Origin: a virus
IMG/VR virus record: IMGVR_UViG_3300023184_000048
Location: 52,742-116,741 of that record
DNA: 64,000 nt
Direction: 5' to 3' (one strand)
The notes under the pieces are model-generated. The model saw nothing but the letters and a program-made list of their open reading frames with translations. It searched no databases and had not been told where the DNA came from. This document shows positions 28,646 to 37,546 of this stretch, in pieces. Within the stretch, counting starts at the first letter, position 1, and every line of letters starts with the position of its first letter. The position numbers and the translations under genes are program-made.

Positions 28646-29291
28646 GTGGGATGAAAAAGATAATTTGTATTTTTCTTCTGATTTTCACTATAATCATAAA
28701 TGTGAAACTTGGGAAGTGCCTCTTTGGAAAGTAAGGGGTTATGATAGTGTTGAACACGCAAATGAATCACAAATCAACCAGATTAATAAATCTGTTCCAG
28801 AGAATGCTACTCTCTTTTATACAGGAGATACGGCTTTAAATGCTGATGAGGACATTGTGCTGGACCTCTGGAGTAGAATTAATTGCAAAGATATTAGATT
28901 CATTTATGGGAATCATGATTTGATCATGTATCGACTTTATAAACAAGAGCTTAAGAAGCAGTATGGCTTAGAGGGTGTTGAGCTTTATCCGCTCAAGATG
29001 AATAATGTGACTTATCTTGGAAATTATGCGGAGATTCAAGTGGGTAAGAAAAAGATTACCCTATGTCATTACCCTATCAGAAGTTGGAATCAGGCTGGAA
29101 GAGGTTCCATCAATCTTCACGGTCATTCTCACAATAATGATCCAACTAGAAATCCTGACTATCATCTTGGTAAATGCTTAGATCTTAGCTGGGATTGGAA
29201 AAAAGATGTCTGGACATTTGACCAAATCATGGATGTAATGTCAACTAAAGAGATCCATGTCACTGATCACCATGATGTGGGAGTAAGATAA
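28623..29291 (+). CDS. Calcineurin-like metallophosphoesterase
   Basis: FSSDFHYNH, TGD, GNHD, LCHYP, HGHSH. Confidence 0.85.
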   Translation: MNQLIKFKWDEKDNLYFSSDFHYNHKCETWEVPLWKVRGYDSVEHANESQINQINKSVPENATLFYTGDTALNADEDIVLDLWSRINCKDIRFIYGNHDLIMYRLYKQELKKQYGLEGVELYPLKMNNVTYLGNYAEIQVGKKKITLCHYPIRSWNQAGRGSINLHGHSHNNDPTRNPDYHLGKCLDLSWDWKKDVWTFDQIMDVMSTKEIHVTDHHDVGVR

Positions 29292-29294
29292 TTT

Positions 29295-29546
29295 ATGAAC
29301 GAAACAGAAATTGAAAAATACCAACAACTAATTAAAAAAGCAAATATGGAACTGGACACACTGACGTTTGAGGAGAAGGAAGAACTTTATAATTCATATG
29401 ATGTTCAATTGACTAAGGCGACACAATTGCAAAAGAAATTTAAAAAACTTGCAAAGTCGGTCGATACTGCTATAATTGAATTAGAAATTGAGCGTTTCCT
29501 TGAGACAGGTGAGATTGGTGATGCTCAAGACGTAGAATACAACTAA
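29295..29546 (+). CDS. Hypothetical protein
   Basis: ORF track. Confidence 0.7.
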   Translation: MNETEIEKYQQLIKKANMELDTLTFEEKEELYNSYDVQLTKATQLQKKFKKLAKSVDTAIIELEIERFLETGEIGDAQDVEYN

Positions 29547-29549
29547 TAT

Positions 29550-29810
29550 ATGACAACAACAAAACAAGAAAAAATGAAGACAGTAAACACAAAGCAAACA
29601 CGTAAGAACATGGAATGGTTGATGAATCCAGACCAAATCAAAACCCCAAAGCAGTTCAATGTTACATTTGAACGTGATGAAAATGGAAACTTCAATCTTA
29701 TGAAGGCTCTATATATCAAGAAGGTTAATCAACATGTGGAGGAATTTGTTCCAGTTGATGCTCGGGATATTGCGCGTGTGATGAATCGTTCGACCATCAA
29801 GGCTCGGTAA
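29550..29810 (+). CDS. Hypothetical protein
   Basis: ORF track. Confidence 0.7.
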   Translation: MTTTKQEKMKTVNTKQTRKNMEWLMNPDQIKTPKQFNVTFERDENGNFNLMKALYIKKVNQHVEEFVPVDARDIARVMNRSTIKAR

Positions 29811-29834
29811 TAGATTCATTCGTTGGACATAGAT

Positions 29835-29880
29835 AACCTCTGGGAATTTTAGAAATATTATTCCTAGAGGTTTTCTTTAT
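29835..29880 (+). terminator. Rho-independent terminator-like hairpin
   Basis: AACCTCTGGGAAT/ATTCCTAGAGGTT 13-bp stem (one G-U pair) followed by a T-rich tract. Confidence 0.7.
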
Positions 29881-29904
29881 TAAAAACTAAAATATAATAA
29901 ATTT

Positions 29905-30288
29905 ATGGGAATGTATACAGAGTTAGTTTTGGGCGTTGATCTAAAATCGGATACTCCAAATGAGGTTGTCGATATTTTGACATATATGTTAGCAATTGAT
30001 CAAGAGGATTTAACACCCGTAATTCCATATCATGAATTATTTCAAACTGAAAGATGGGAAGTTATGTTGCGTTGCGGATCTTCTTATTTTGATGGTGGGA
30101 CTCATTCAGAGATGTCATATGACAAATACGGCAGGGTGTGGAGAATTAATATTAGGTGTAATTTGAAGAATTATTCTAATGAGATTGAAAAGTTTATCAA
30201 TTGGATTTCTCCTTACGTTTCTACTAGAGGATTTGCTGGATATTCGAGATATGAAGAAGAAAGAGAACCAACTTTAATTTATTTTTGA
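29905..30288 (+). CDS. Conserved phage hypothetical protein
   Basis: MGMYTEL..; LKNY..EIEKF..WI.PY; GY.RYEE..EPTLIY. Confidence 0.8.
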   Translation: MGMYTELVLGVDLKSDTPNEVVDILTYMLAIDQEDLTPVIPYHELFQTERWEVMLRCGSSYFDGGTHSEMSYDKYGRVWRINIRCNLKNYSNEIEKFINWISPYVSTRGFAGYSRYEEEREPTLIYF

Positions 30289-30626
30289 TTATGAAACACC
30301 TAGAACATTTAAACCTGAAACCTTCCCATTTTAATAATGGTGTTGCATCATTTGATCAAGTATCACACTCCGATATTATCAAAGCAACTTCATCTGGTGC
30401 TGAGTATGATCCGACAGATATTAATAATTTAATTGTTATTGATGTTATTACAAACTATAAAGAACTCATGGCTTTTGGAATTATTGATCAACTGGGAATT
30501 ATGTATTTTCAAGGATTTTCTGGATTTCCCTTTGATTCAAAATGTGTTGATCATGTGGATAATTTGATTCCATATGATGCGAAGAAGAGAAAGATTAATC
30601 ATTGTAATATTTTTGTGGAGCTTTAA
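30285..30626 (+). CDS. Hypothetical protein
   Basis: ORF track. Confidence 0.7.
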   Translation: MIMKHLEHLNLKPSHFNNGVASFDQVSHSDIIKATSSGAEYDPTDINNLIVIDVITNYKELMAFGIIDQLGIMYFQGFSGFPFDSKCVDHVDNLIPYDAKKRKINHCNIFVEL

Positions 30627-30654
30627 TTATTAAAAACTAGAATATAATACATTT

Positions 30655-30876
30655 ATGAAAAATATAGAATTTGAAAAAAAATTTCTAGATGTCTTTAGTA
30701 TCCATATCTACAGTGAAGATCGTTATTTTAATGAAAAGGAGCATCTCCAACATACACTATACAAAAATTTTGTGACTGTTAAATTACTCAATTTTAGGAT
30801 TTTTCATACGTTTTGGAGAACTGGAAAAACCTGTGTAGGTAATGTCGCCTTTTCTAGTTTCTATATTAAAAACTAG
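30655..30876 (+). CDS. Hypothetical protein
   Basis: Cassette-N6-ATG; ends IKN* in the next cassette. Confidence 0.7.
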   Translation: MKNIEFEKKFLDVFSIHIYSEDRYFNEKEHLQHTLYKNFVTVKLLNFRIFHTFWRTGKTCVGNVAFSSFYIKN

Positions 30877-30890
30877 AATATCATAAGTTT

Positions 30891-31445
30891 ATGAATATCT
30901 TCCCAATTGCAGATAATTATTGTCCTATTAAATCTGCTCAAGAACTTTGTAATCGTCACAGTTCAAGAATGCCCTTAGAGACAGCGGGTATGTTATCCTT
31001 TGCATTTCCAGAAGGTGATACATCTATCAAAAACGATAGAAAAAATAGACACTATATCCACCCAGCTAGTAAATGGGTAAGAGAATCATTAGAAAATTTT
31101 GAATGGACTGTATTACATGGTTTGGCCCAATGTGAAGAATATACAATTCGATATAAACGTAGACATGCTTCTCAAGATTTTATAGAATGGGCTTCCGATA
31201 ATTATAAGTATCTAACCTTTAACGTTAATGAGTTTACACCATTTGCTAGATGCTTTGGACCATTCAAAGATTTGTTGGATTCGGAAGAATCAAATACATT
31301 ACAAGCATATAGAAAATTTTACCATTTAGATAAAAGAGATTTTGCCAAATGGCCACAGATCAAGAAAATACCTGATTGGTGGGATGATATAACAAATGAT
31401 TATGTGGATAAATCATTTGTTAATGGGGATTATTCAAAAAGATAG
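30891..31445 (+). CDS. Pyrimidine-dimer DNA glycosylase/DenV-related protein
   Basis: MNIF....CP..SAQ.LC.RH..RM.LE.A.MLS, HP...W.R.S..N..W, EY..RY.R.H, AYR.FY. Confidence 0.75.
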   Translation: MNIFPIADNYCPIKSAQELCNRHSSRMPLETAGMLSFAFPEGDTSIKNDRKNRHYIHPASKWVRESLENFEWTVLHGLAQCEEYTIRYKRRHASQDFIEWASDNYKYLTFNVNEFTPFARCFGPFKDLLDSEESNTLQAYRKFYHLDKRDFAKWPQIKKIPDWWDDITNDYVDKSFVNGDYSKR

Positions 31446-31474
31446 ACAACAATACAAAACTATTCATTTTAGAC

Positions 31475-31480
31475 TAAATA
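31475..31480 (+). promoter_or_regulatory. Late-type promoter TAAATA, 6 nt before GTG 31487
   Basis: CTAAATA-GTTTAT-GTG. Confidence 0.55.
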
Positions 31481-31486
31481 GTTTAT

Positions 31487-32245
31487 GTGAGTGATAAAAT
31501 AAATATACCAGTTGATATCAAATTAAAAATTGTTGAAGATTATAAAAATCTGATAAGAAATGATGAGATATGTTCAAAGTATGATCTAACTGCCCCTAGG
31601 TTGTATAATATTTTAAAGGAATATGATATTCCCAAAAAAGGACCAAGAAAATCAGAAGCTAGATCTGGTGAAGATATAAAATGTTTAAAATGTGGTTGTC
31701 AAAAACATCAATCACAATTTCCGAAAGTGAAGGGGGTTTATAGAACATTGTGTAAAACATGCCATTGTCATAATGAAAAAATCCGAAGAAGTAAAATGTC
31801 ACCAGAAGAGAAAAAACTTATAGGCGAGAGATGTTATAATATTGTCAAAGCAAAAAAACTTAAAGCATCTAGAGGAGAACTTCCACTATCAGATCAAATA
31901 TACATATGGGTGAATAAAATAACTGGGAGAAGAACTGAGGAAAGATTCAAAGAAAGAAAGAAATTATGTAAAAACATTTTAACCAAAAAATGTTATTCAG
32001 CCAGACAAATATTTCCCGATATTATATTCTGTTTTGTGAATAATACAGGTCAAAATAGAGCAATGATAGCATCTTTAGATAGAATTGATCCATCGAAGGG
32101 ATACACAGATGAAAATACCCAAATTATACCATACTGGTTAAACTCGGCCAAGTTGGATTCTTCACAAGAAGAAATAGACAATACAATAATTAATTATATA
32201 TTAAATGATCAGAAATTATTAGATTCCTTAAAATCAAAGATCTAA
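31487..32245 (+). CDS. Putative homing endonuclease (HTH + CxxC Zn finger + His-Me/HNH-like domain)
   Basis: CLKCG..CKTC; SLDRIDPSKGY...N.Q....WLN.AK. Confidence 0.75.
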   Translation: MSDKINIPVDIKLKIVEDYKNLIRNDEICSKYDLTAPRLYNILKEYDIPKKGPRKSEARSGEDIKCLKCGCQKHQSQFPKVKGVYRTLCKTCHCHNEKIRRSKMSPEEKKLIGERCYNIVKAKKLKASRGELPLSDQIYIWVNKITGRRTEERFKERKKLCKNILTKKCYSARQIFPDIIFCFVNNTGQNRAMIASLDRIDPSKGYTDENTQIIPYWLNSAKLDSSQEEIDNTIINYILNDQKLLDSLKSKI

Positions 32246-32584
32246 TCTAATCATCCAAGCAGCATTTGGCTGAGAACAAGTTATGACAATTTTCTTTGGG
32301 GTATTGAACATGCGTATGCTATTGCAAATGAATACACTGAACGTTACAGTAAGAGACATAAATCTGAAGATGTTCTTGATTGGATAGAATCAAATATGTG
32401 GCAGTTGTCATTTGATTCTAACGATTTGACTCCTTATGCCATTGCGATTACAGAGGATGCGGTTTGTAGAACATTGCCCGAATTTAATCAAGTTGACACT
32501 ATCAGTAAATACCGCTTATTTTACAAGTATGATAAAGCCCATCTTCATAAGTGGAAACAAAATAAACCAGATTGGATTGATTAA
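32246..32584 (+). pseudogene. Orphaned 3' half of a DenV-related gene
   Basis: Start-less frame NHPSSIWLRTSYDNF.W..EH..A...EYTERY.KRH...YRLFY..DK..KW..PDW parallels residues ~55-184 of 30891..31445. Confidence 0.85.
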
Positions 32585-32605
32585 AAACTAGAATATAATA
32601 AGCTC

Positions 32606-32704
32606 ATGATTGATAAAATATACTATGTCCTATATGGAATTTTCCGCCTTTGTTATATTGCTGTTGAGCATATTTATGAACGTATCGGTGGATTCAGAAA
32701 ATAA
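32606..32704 (+). CDS. Small peptide (32 aa)
   Basis: Cassette-N6-ATG. Confidence 0.55.
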   Translation: MIDKIYYVLYGIFRLCYIAVEHIYERIGGFRK

Positions 32705-32710
32705 GAAAAT

Positions 32711-33745
32711 TTAATCTGGAATTTTCCGACCAATAGAATTAAGAATTTCATTTCTTTTCTGAATAGCTTCTTCTAAAGTTTTTGCATTTGGTCTATATAT
32801 CTTCTCCCCAGACTGTATATAGATTCTATAATAACCATTATCAAATCCTATATTAGCATGTTTGATTTTTTTAGCTTTTTGTATGACTGTTTTGGGATGT
32901 GTGTAATTAGTTGATTTATACTGTTCGAGTTTTTCTGGAAAATTTAAATGGTCAAGATTTATATTATTGCACACATTTAAAAAATCAGCCATTTCTGCTG
33001 CTTCATCTTCAAGTGTAAAGGTTCCCAGCCTAGATTCAAAAGTTTTTGTATTGATGTGAATCCTCCAAACATTGAATCTAGGCTCGTAGCACACCCAATT
33101 ATATTTGGAAACTTTTAAATTCCTTTTCAGTGTTCTTTCTGGGGATGCGTGAATTCCTAGAATATAATTATCAAAATTTTCAGGAAAGTTCATCATCAGT
33201 TTAGCTGATTCATGATCAAATAGTTCTAAAAGTTTTACATCTCTAGCGAAAGCTGCATCTTGATCAGTTTTGAAATTTTTCTGAGAAACTTTCTTTCTAT
33301 TAAAAGTTATACAATAATCCCATCTTTCCATATCATTATTAAAATAAACGCCGATATAAATGGTCTTTCCATTATATCTATCTGAAAGCTTTTCTTTTTT
33401 TGACTTCTTGAGTCCCTCAACTAGAGAGATCTTCATAGCATCTGTGAATTCTCCAGATACAGAATTTTCTATAATATTATAACCATTTTTGGTAGTCAGA
33501 GAATTATACAAGTTTATGTAGTGTGTCTCTTTAATAAGAGCTGATCCCAGATCAATTGCAGTATCAATTTTCTCAATCTTGAATTTGTCTTTTCCATACT
33601 TTATCATGGCATTTCTCAACGGGAGATTGGTATTTTTCTTTTTGGAGAAATGGCCATTTAACCTAAGATTAAGTGGTTGTTTTGTTATTCCAATATAAAC
33701 CTTATCATTTACACTATTTGTTATTTTATAAATCTTTCTCTCCAT
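32711..33745 (-). CDS. GIY-YIG endonuclease with three AP2-like DNA-binding domains
   Basis: IYKITN..N.KVYIGIT...L..R..H, E...I, GYN; YIGVYF..AAFARD, YNWV..LGTF..EDEAA..AD, TLEEAI.KR; start refined to ATG 33745. Confidence 0.85.
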   Translation of the reverse strand: MERKIYKITNSVNDKVYIGITKQPLNLRLNGHFSKKKNTNLPLRNAMIKYGKDKFKIEKIDTAIDLGSALIKETHYINLYNSLTTKNGYNIIENSVSGEFTDAMKISLVEGLKKSKKEKLSDRYNGKTIYIGVYFNNDMERWDYCITFNRKKVSQKNFKTDQDAAFARDVKLLELFDHESAKLMMNFPENFDNYILGIHASPERTLKRNLKVSKYNWVCYEPRFNVWRIHINTKTFESRLGTFTLEDEAAEMADFLNVCNNINLDHLNFPEKLEQYKSTNYTHPKTVIQKAKKIKHANIGFDNGYYRIYIQSGEKIYRPNAKTLEEAIQKRNEILNSIGRKIPD

Positions 33746-33750
33746 ACATT

Positions 33751-33756
33751 TATTTA
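33751..33756 (-). promoter_or_regulatory. Late-type promoter TAAATA, 5 nt before ATG 33745
   Basis: Minus-strand CTAAATA-AATGT-ATG. Confidence 0.6.
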
Positions 33757-33803
33757 GTCCATAACTACCGAAAATCAATTAAAAACTAGATTACAATACA
33801 CAC

Positions 33804-35726
33804 ATGATTATTAAACATACTAGCTCGCCTGTCATAACTTCTGGAGATATGGAAGATTCCAAGATGGAGATTGATCCAAATAATTCAGACTTTGTTGCCC
33901 TTCTACTCAGAAACAACATCTACACCGATAAGATTTTAGCCCCCATTAGGGAGATTACAGTGAATGGCGTAGATGCCAATATTGAATCTGGTTCCAATGA
34001 AACTGTTCAAGTTAAAATTACATATGAATCAGGTTCGTATACTTGGAGTTGCCGAGATAATGGGTTGGGTCTTTCGGAAAATGATGTTAGAAACATTTTT
34101 GGAAAAATTGGGGCATCTAATAAAAGACATTGTAATAAACAAGCAGGTATGTTTGGATTGGGTTCGTTTTCCCCATTTGCTGTTGGGGATACATACCACG
34201 TTACTTCACATCATAATGGGTTGAAATCGATATATTGTGCCACTCTTGTTGCGGGTGATCAGGCCATTAATGTGGGTCGTCTTTATAAAGTGTCAGAAGA
34301 ACCAACCACTGAAACGGGTATTGAAGTATCCTTTGATATCACTAAGGATTATTGGAAATTTCACGATAAGACTAAAACATTTATTAATAATTTTCTACCC
34401 GAAACAAATGTTCAATACGAGGATCACAATGGCGAAGTCCACACACCCCTACAACCAATTCTGACATATGAGAAGAATGGATTCGTGATCAATGCATATG
34501 ATTCAAAGGATTATTATAATACTGAAAAGGTTTGGATTCGTATGGGTGGTGTTGTCTACAATCATAACCATAAACTTGTAAAATATGGAACATTCAAACA
34601 TCAACTTATTGTCGATGTTCCAATTGGAATGCTCACCATTCCACCATCCAGAGAGTCTTTAGATGTTTCGGCTAATAATGATCGAGTTCTCAAGGAGATT
34701 GATGATATTATTCTAGAAATTTATGAGAATGATAAGAAATCCCTTACGGTTCCAAAGTTTGGTGAATTTGTATCTGGTGAAAAATCAGGTAAAACATATG
34801 AAAGTGAATGGTGTAAGTATAATCTTTTTGAATTATTTCCTGATACGGAAAAGCTTAGGAGGATAACGTCATCCAATCACAAGATGTATGGCGATCCAAT
34901 CAAGCCTAATGCCAATGGTAAGTATATCATCTATACTTTTCCTGAAATTAGAACGGTTAAGAGTTGGATCAAACGTCTTGAAGCAGTTCTGACCATTGAT
35001 CCTGATTATTCTGGTTGTCTTGCAGTATTTCAAACTGCGAAAGTGATGGCTGAACTTAGTAAGAATACAGAGACTCTTGATGTTTCTGATTGTATCTTTG
35101 TGGATGTTAAGAGTCTTGGTCTTCCCAAGCTTGTAACTAATCCTAAAGATAAAGATGATGGACCAACCGAATATGTCATCTACAAGAACGGTGATAAGGA
35201 TTATAAGACGATTGATGGACTTGATGAAGATAATGATTCAGAGATTTATAAAGATGCTGAGTGGTATAAGTCTGAGAAGTTGACCCGTGATCAGTTCCTC
35301 AATCGTTGTATTGGTTGGGCTAATACAAATGATGATCGTCATGGTCATGGTAGAGATAATAGATTTTGGACTACTGGTGCTAAGAAAATGTATGATGGTC
35401 TTGTCGAACTTGGGTTTATTGAAATAAATTCTAAGACCTATAAAGACACCATGAGTCTTATTAGTTCCAGAGAACAAAAACAAAATGATATCTCTCAAGC
35501 TCAATCAAGAATCAAAGGTGTGACTTTCAAGATTGATGTTCTTCAACAAGTTGCTACTGCCATTGGTAAAAATCCCAGCAAGCTTGATCGTCTGAAAAAC
35601 ATCAAAGCTAAAATCTTGTTGGAAGATTCTCCACGCAGTCGTATCCTTAAACAAATTGAGGATACCTATAGCTATCGCACCAATTTGACTCGTTCTGATC
35701 TGCGAATGATTCTGAAAATGAAATAA
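33804..35726 (+). CDS. rIIA: rIIA-like protein (N-terminal GHKL/Hsp90 ATPase)
   Basis: IYTDKILAPIRE...N..DA, RD.G.GLS, GMFGLGS.SPFA, VDVPIG.L.I.PSRESL. Confidence 0.85.
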   Translation: MIIKHTSSPVITSGDMEDSKMEIDPNNSDFVALLLRNNIYTDKILAPIREITVNGVDANIESGSNETVQVKITYESGSYTWSCRDNGLGLSENDVRNIFGKIGASNKRHCNKQAGMFGLGSFSPFAVGDTYHVTSHHNGLKSIYCATLVAGDQAINVGRLYKVSEEPTTETGIEVSFDITKDYWKFHDKTKTFINNFLPETNVQYEDHNGEVHTPLQPILTYEKNGFVINAYDSKDYYNTEKVWIRMGGVVYNHNHKLVKYGTFKHQLIVDVPIGMLTIPPSRESLDVSANNDRVLKEIDDIILEIYENDKKSLTVPKFGEFVSGEKSGKTYESEWCKYNLFELFPDTEKLRRITSSNHKMYGDPIKPNANGKYIIYTFPEIRTVKSWIKRLEAVLTIDPDYSGCLAVFQTAKVMAELSKNTETLDVSDCIFVDVKSLGLPKLVTNPKDKDDGPTEYVIYKNGDKDYKTIDGLDEDNDSEIYKDAEWYKSEKLTRDQFLNRCIGWANTNDDRHGHGRDNRFWTTGAKKMYDGLVELGFIEINSKTYKDTMSLISSREQKQNDISQAQSRIKGVTFKIDVLQQVATAIGKNPSKLDRLKNIKAKILLEDSPRSRILKQIEDTYSYRTNLTRSDLRMILKMK

Positions 35727-35737
35727 TTTGTATAATT

Positions 35738-35809
35738 TTGAGGTAGATTTTGTAATCTCATTCTGATAGTAAATGATAAGAATGGCTGGTTCGATCCCAG
35801 CACCTCAAA
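35738..35809 (+). ncRNA. tRNA-like element (canonical acceptor + T arm, aberrant D and anticodon arms, no CCA)
   Basis: TTGAGGT/ACCTCAA; GCTGG-TTCGATC-CCAGC; AGATT/AATCT; CATTCT/AGAATG. Confidence 0.6.
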
Positions 35810-35843
35810 TCTTTCTGATTAAAAACTAAAATATAATACTCAT

Positions 35844-36062
35844 ATGAAGAGAGCATTTTGGTTCCACTACAATAAGCCTGAGTCGAGTAAGGTCGGTAAA
35901 CCTCAGATCACTGTTCATTATATGAATGCCTGCCATATCGTGGATAATGTCGTCATCAATTGTATGACTGCTGGAAGGCTTAGAAAGACTCAACCTAGAT
36001 GGGTTGTTGCTGGTAAGGCCAAGGAAATCATCTTTAAGGATGGAGTAGCAATTATTAATTAA
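35844..36062 (+). CDS. Conserved phage hypothetical protein
   Basis: Cassette-N6-ATG; FWFHYNKP.S. Confidence 0.75.
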   Translation: MKRAFWFHYNKPESSKVGKPQITVHYMNACHIVDNVVINCMTAGRLRKTQPRWVVAGKAKEIIFKDGVAIIN

Positions 36063-36083
36063 AAACTAAAATACAATAAGACC

Positions 36084-36344
36084 ATGACTGAAGAACAAAT
36101 CAAAGAAGAATCACTAAAGATTTACAATCAAAGAATTCAAGAAGAAAAGATTCAAAAGGCTGCGAATGAACTTTATGATGCTGCTAATAAGATGACTATC
36201 ATTAATAATTCTTGCCAATCCTTTTATGATAAATGGCTGGATGTTTCAAACAAATTAGTAAAGCTTAATGATGTTTGGCAAACCTTTCTCAGTGATAGGG
36301 ATTATAAAAAGTTTTGCGAAGAATATACCAAAATTTCAATTTGA
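36084..36344 (+). CDS. Hypothetical protein
   Basis: Cassette-N6-ATG. Confidence 0.75.
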   Translation: MTEEQIKEESLKIYNQRIQEEKIQKAANELYDAANKMTIINNSCQSFYDKWLDVSNKLVKLNDVWQTFLSDRDYKKFCEEYTKISI

Positions 36345-37120
36345 AAAGTAATTTAATCATTGGCAGTCATGCCTTATCCCATTGGTATTCGGATTTCAAA
36401 AGAGTTCCGATTGATTTGGATATCATGGATGAAACTCCAGTAATGAGTAGAAATCTTCAGCATTACTGGTTTGGTGACATTTCAAAACATATACTCGAAA
36501 TCAATAAAGATGAAAAGTATATTGATCCTGATCTACTCTATACTTTGAAGCTAAGTCATCTCGGCTTTGAGATCCATTGGAGTAAAAATATTTATGACGC
36601 TTTATTCCTAAAATCTAAAGGATGTGTGGCTGACGAAAAACTGTATAAAAGGCTTGTAAAATTTTTCACTGGAGTTCATGGTGTTCGTTGGGTTACTTTA
36701 AAGGGGAAAGACTCAACTACATTCTTTGAAGATGCTGTGACTCGCAAGTATGTTCATGATTCGATTCACGAAGCTGTTGCGGTTTATGACAAACCTCTGT
36801 ATGAAACATTGATTGTAAATGGTGTAAATTGTTCCGAAGAAGGATTTGACAAACTCTCATTGGCTGATAAAGTATTGATGACTAAGGAAGAAATTTGGGT
36901 GACTGCTCTTGAGCGTTATCATATTCCTTCAGATTTTAGGTGTGGTCATGCTAAAGCTTATGGTGAAAGTTTGAAGAAACTTGCAACAACAATGACCTCT
37001 GGATGGTTCAAGTTCTTCATTCTTGATAACTTCAATCTTTTGACTGGGTGTAAGGACAAAACTTATATTGAAAAATTTAAACAAGCAGAACAAAACAATA
37101 AACTAAGAAAAACAAACTAA
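36341..37120 (+). CDS. Conserved jumbo-phage protein, nucleotidyltransferase-like N-terminus
   Basis: IIGSHAL..W.....P.DLDI; YTLKLSH; Y.HD.IH..VA; probable TTG start overlapping the upstream TGA. Confidence 0.6.
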   Translation: MKSNLIIGSHALSHWYSDFKRVPIDLDIMDETPVMSRNLQHYWFGDISKHILEINKDEKYIDPDLLYTLKLSHLGFEIHWSKNIYDALFLKSKGCVADEKLYKRLVKFFTGVHGVRWVTLKGKDSTTFFEDAVTRKYVHDSIHEAVAVYDKPLYETLIVNGVNCSEEGFDKLSLADKVLMTKEEIWVTALERYHIPSDFRCGHAKAYGESLKKLATTMTSGWFKFFILDNFNLLTGCKDKTYIEKFKQAEQNNKLRKTN

Positions 37121-37121
37121 T

Positions 37122-37502
37122 ATGAAAGACGAAACTAAAACACAATTGGAAAACTTCATTCCGTCAAATAAAAGCATCAATTCTCTTTTTGATATTATGT
37201 CAGATAAGGAGAATATGGGATACTTTAATTTTAAGTATCAAGTTGATCGAAATTATGTTCAAGATTATACACCAATCAAATTTGAAGATTGGACCGTAGA
37301 AACTGAAGCTGATTTTGGTGGTGGTGAAGGTTCTGGATCTGAAAGATATCTGGTATTCAAATTTACTAAGAACAATGAAGAACCGACCTATTGGTATGTT
37401 CCGGGTTATTATGAGTCCTACAATGGTTCAGAATTTGAATTCGGTAATATGTATCAATGTGAACCTTATGAAAAGATGGTTACTGATTACCGAGCAATTT
37501 AA
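37122..37502 (+). CDS. Conserved phage hypothetical protein
   Basis: FGGGEGSG..Y.VF...GYY.SYNG. Confidence 0.75.
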   Translation: MKDETKTQLENFIPSNKSINSLFDIMSDKENMGYFNFKYQVDRNYVQDYTPIKFEDWTVETEADFGGGEGSGSERYLVFKFTKNNEEPTYWYVPGYYESYNGSEFEFGNMYQCEPYEKMVTDYRAI

Positions 37503-37546
37503 TTCATTAAAAACTAGAGTATAATAACAACGAAGCAAGAAACAAT

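Noticed and set aside
25015-32584. Group I introns or inteins splitting the ligase or DenV-like genes
   Set aside because: Both upstream genes are complete with their own stops, one endonuclease is antisense, and I could not identify intron core elements; 3' replacement fits better (RT-PCR would settle it)
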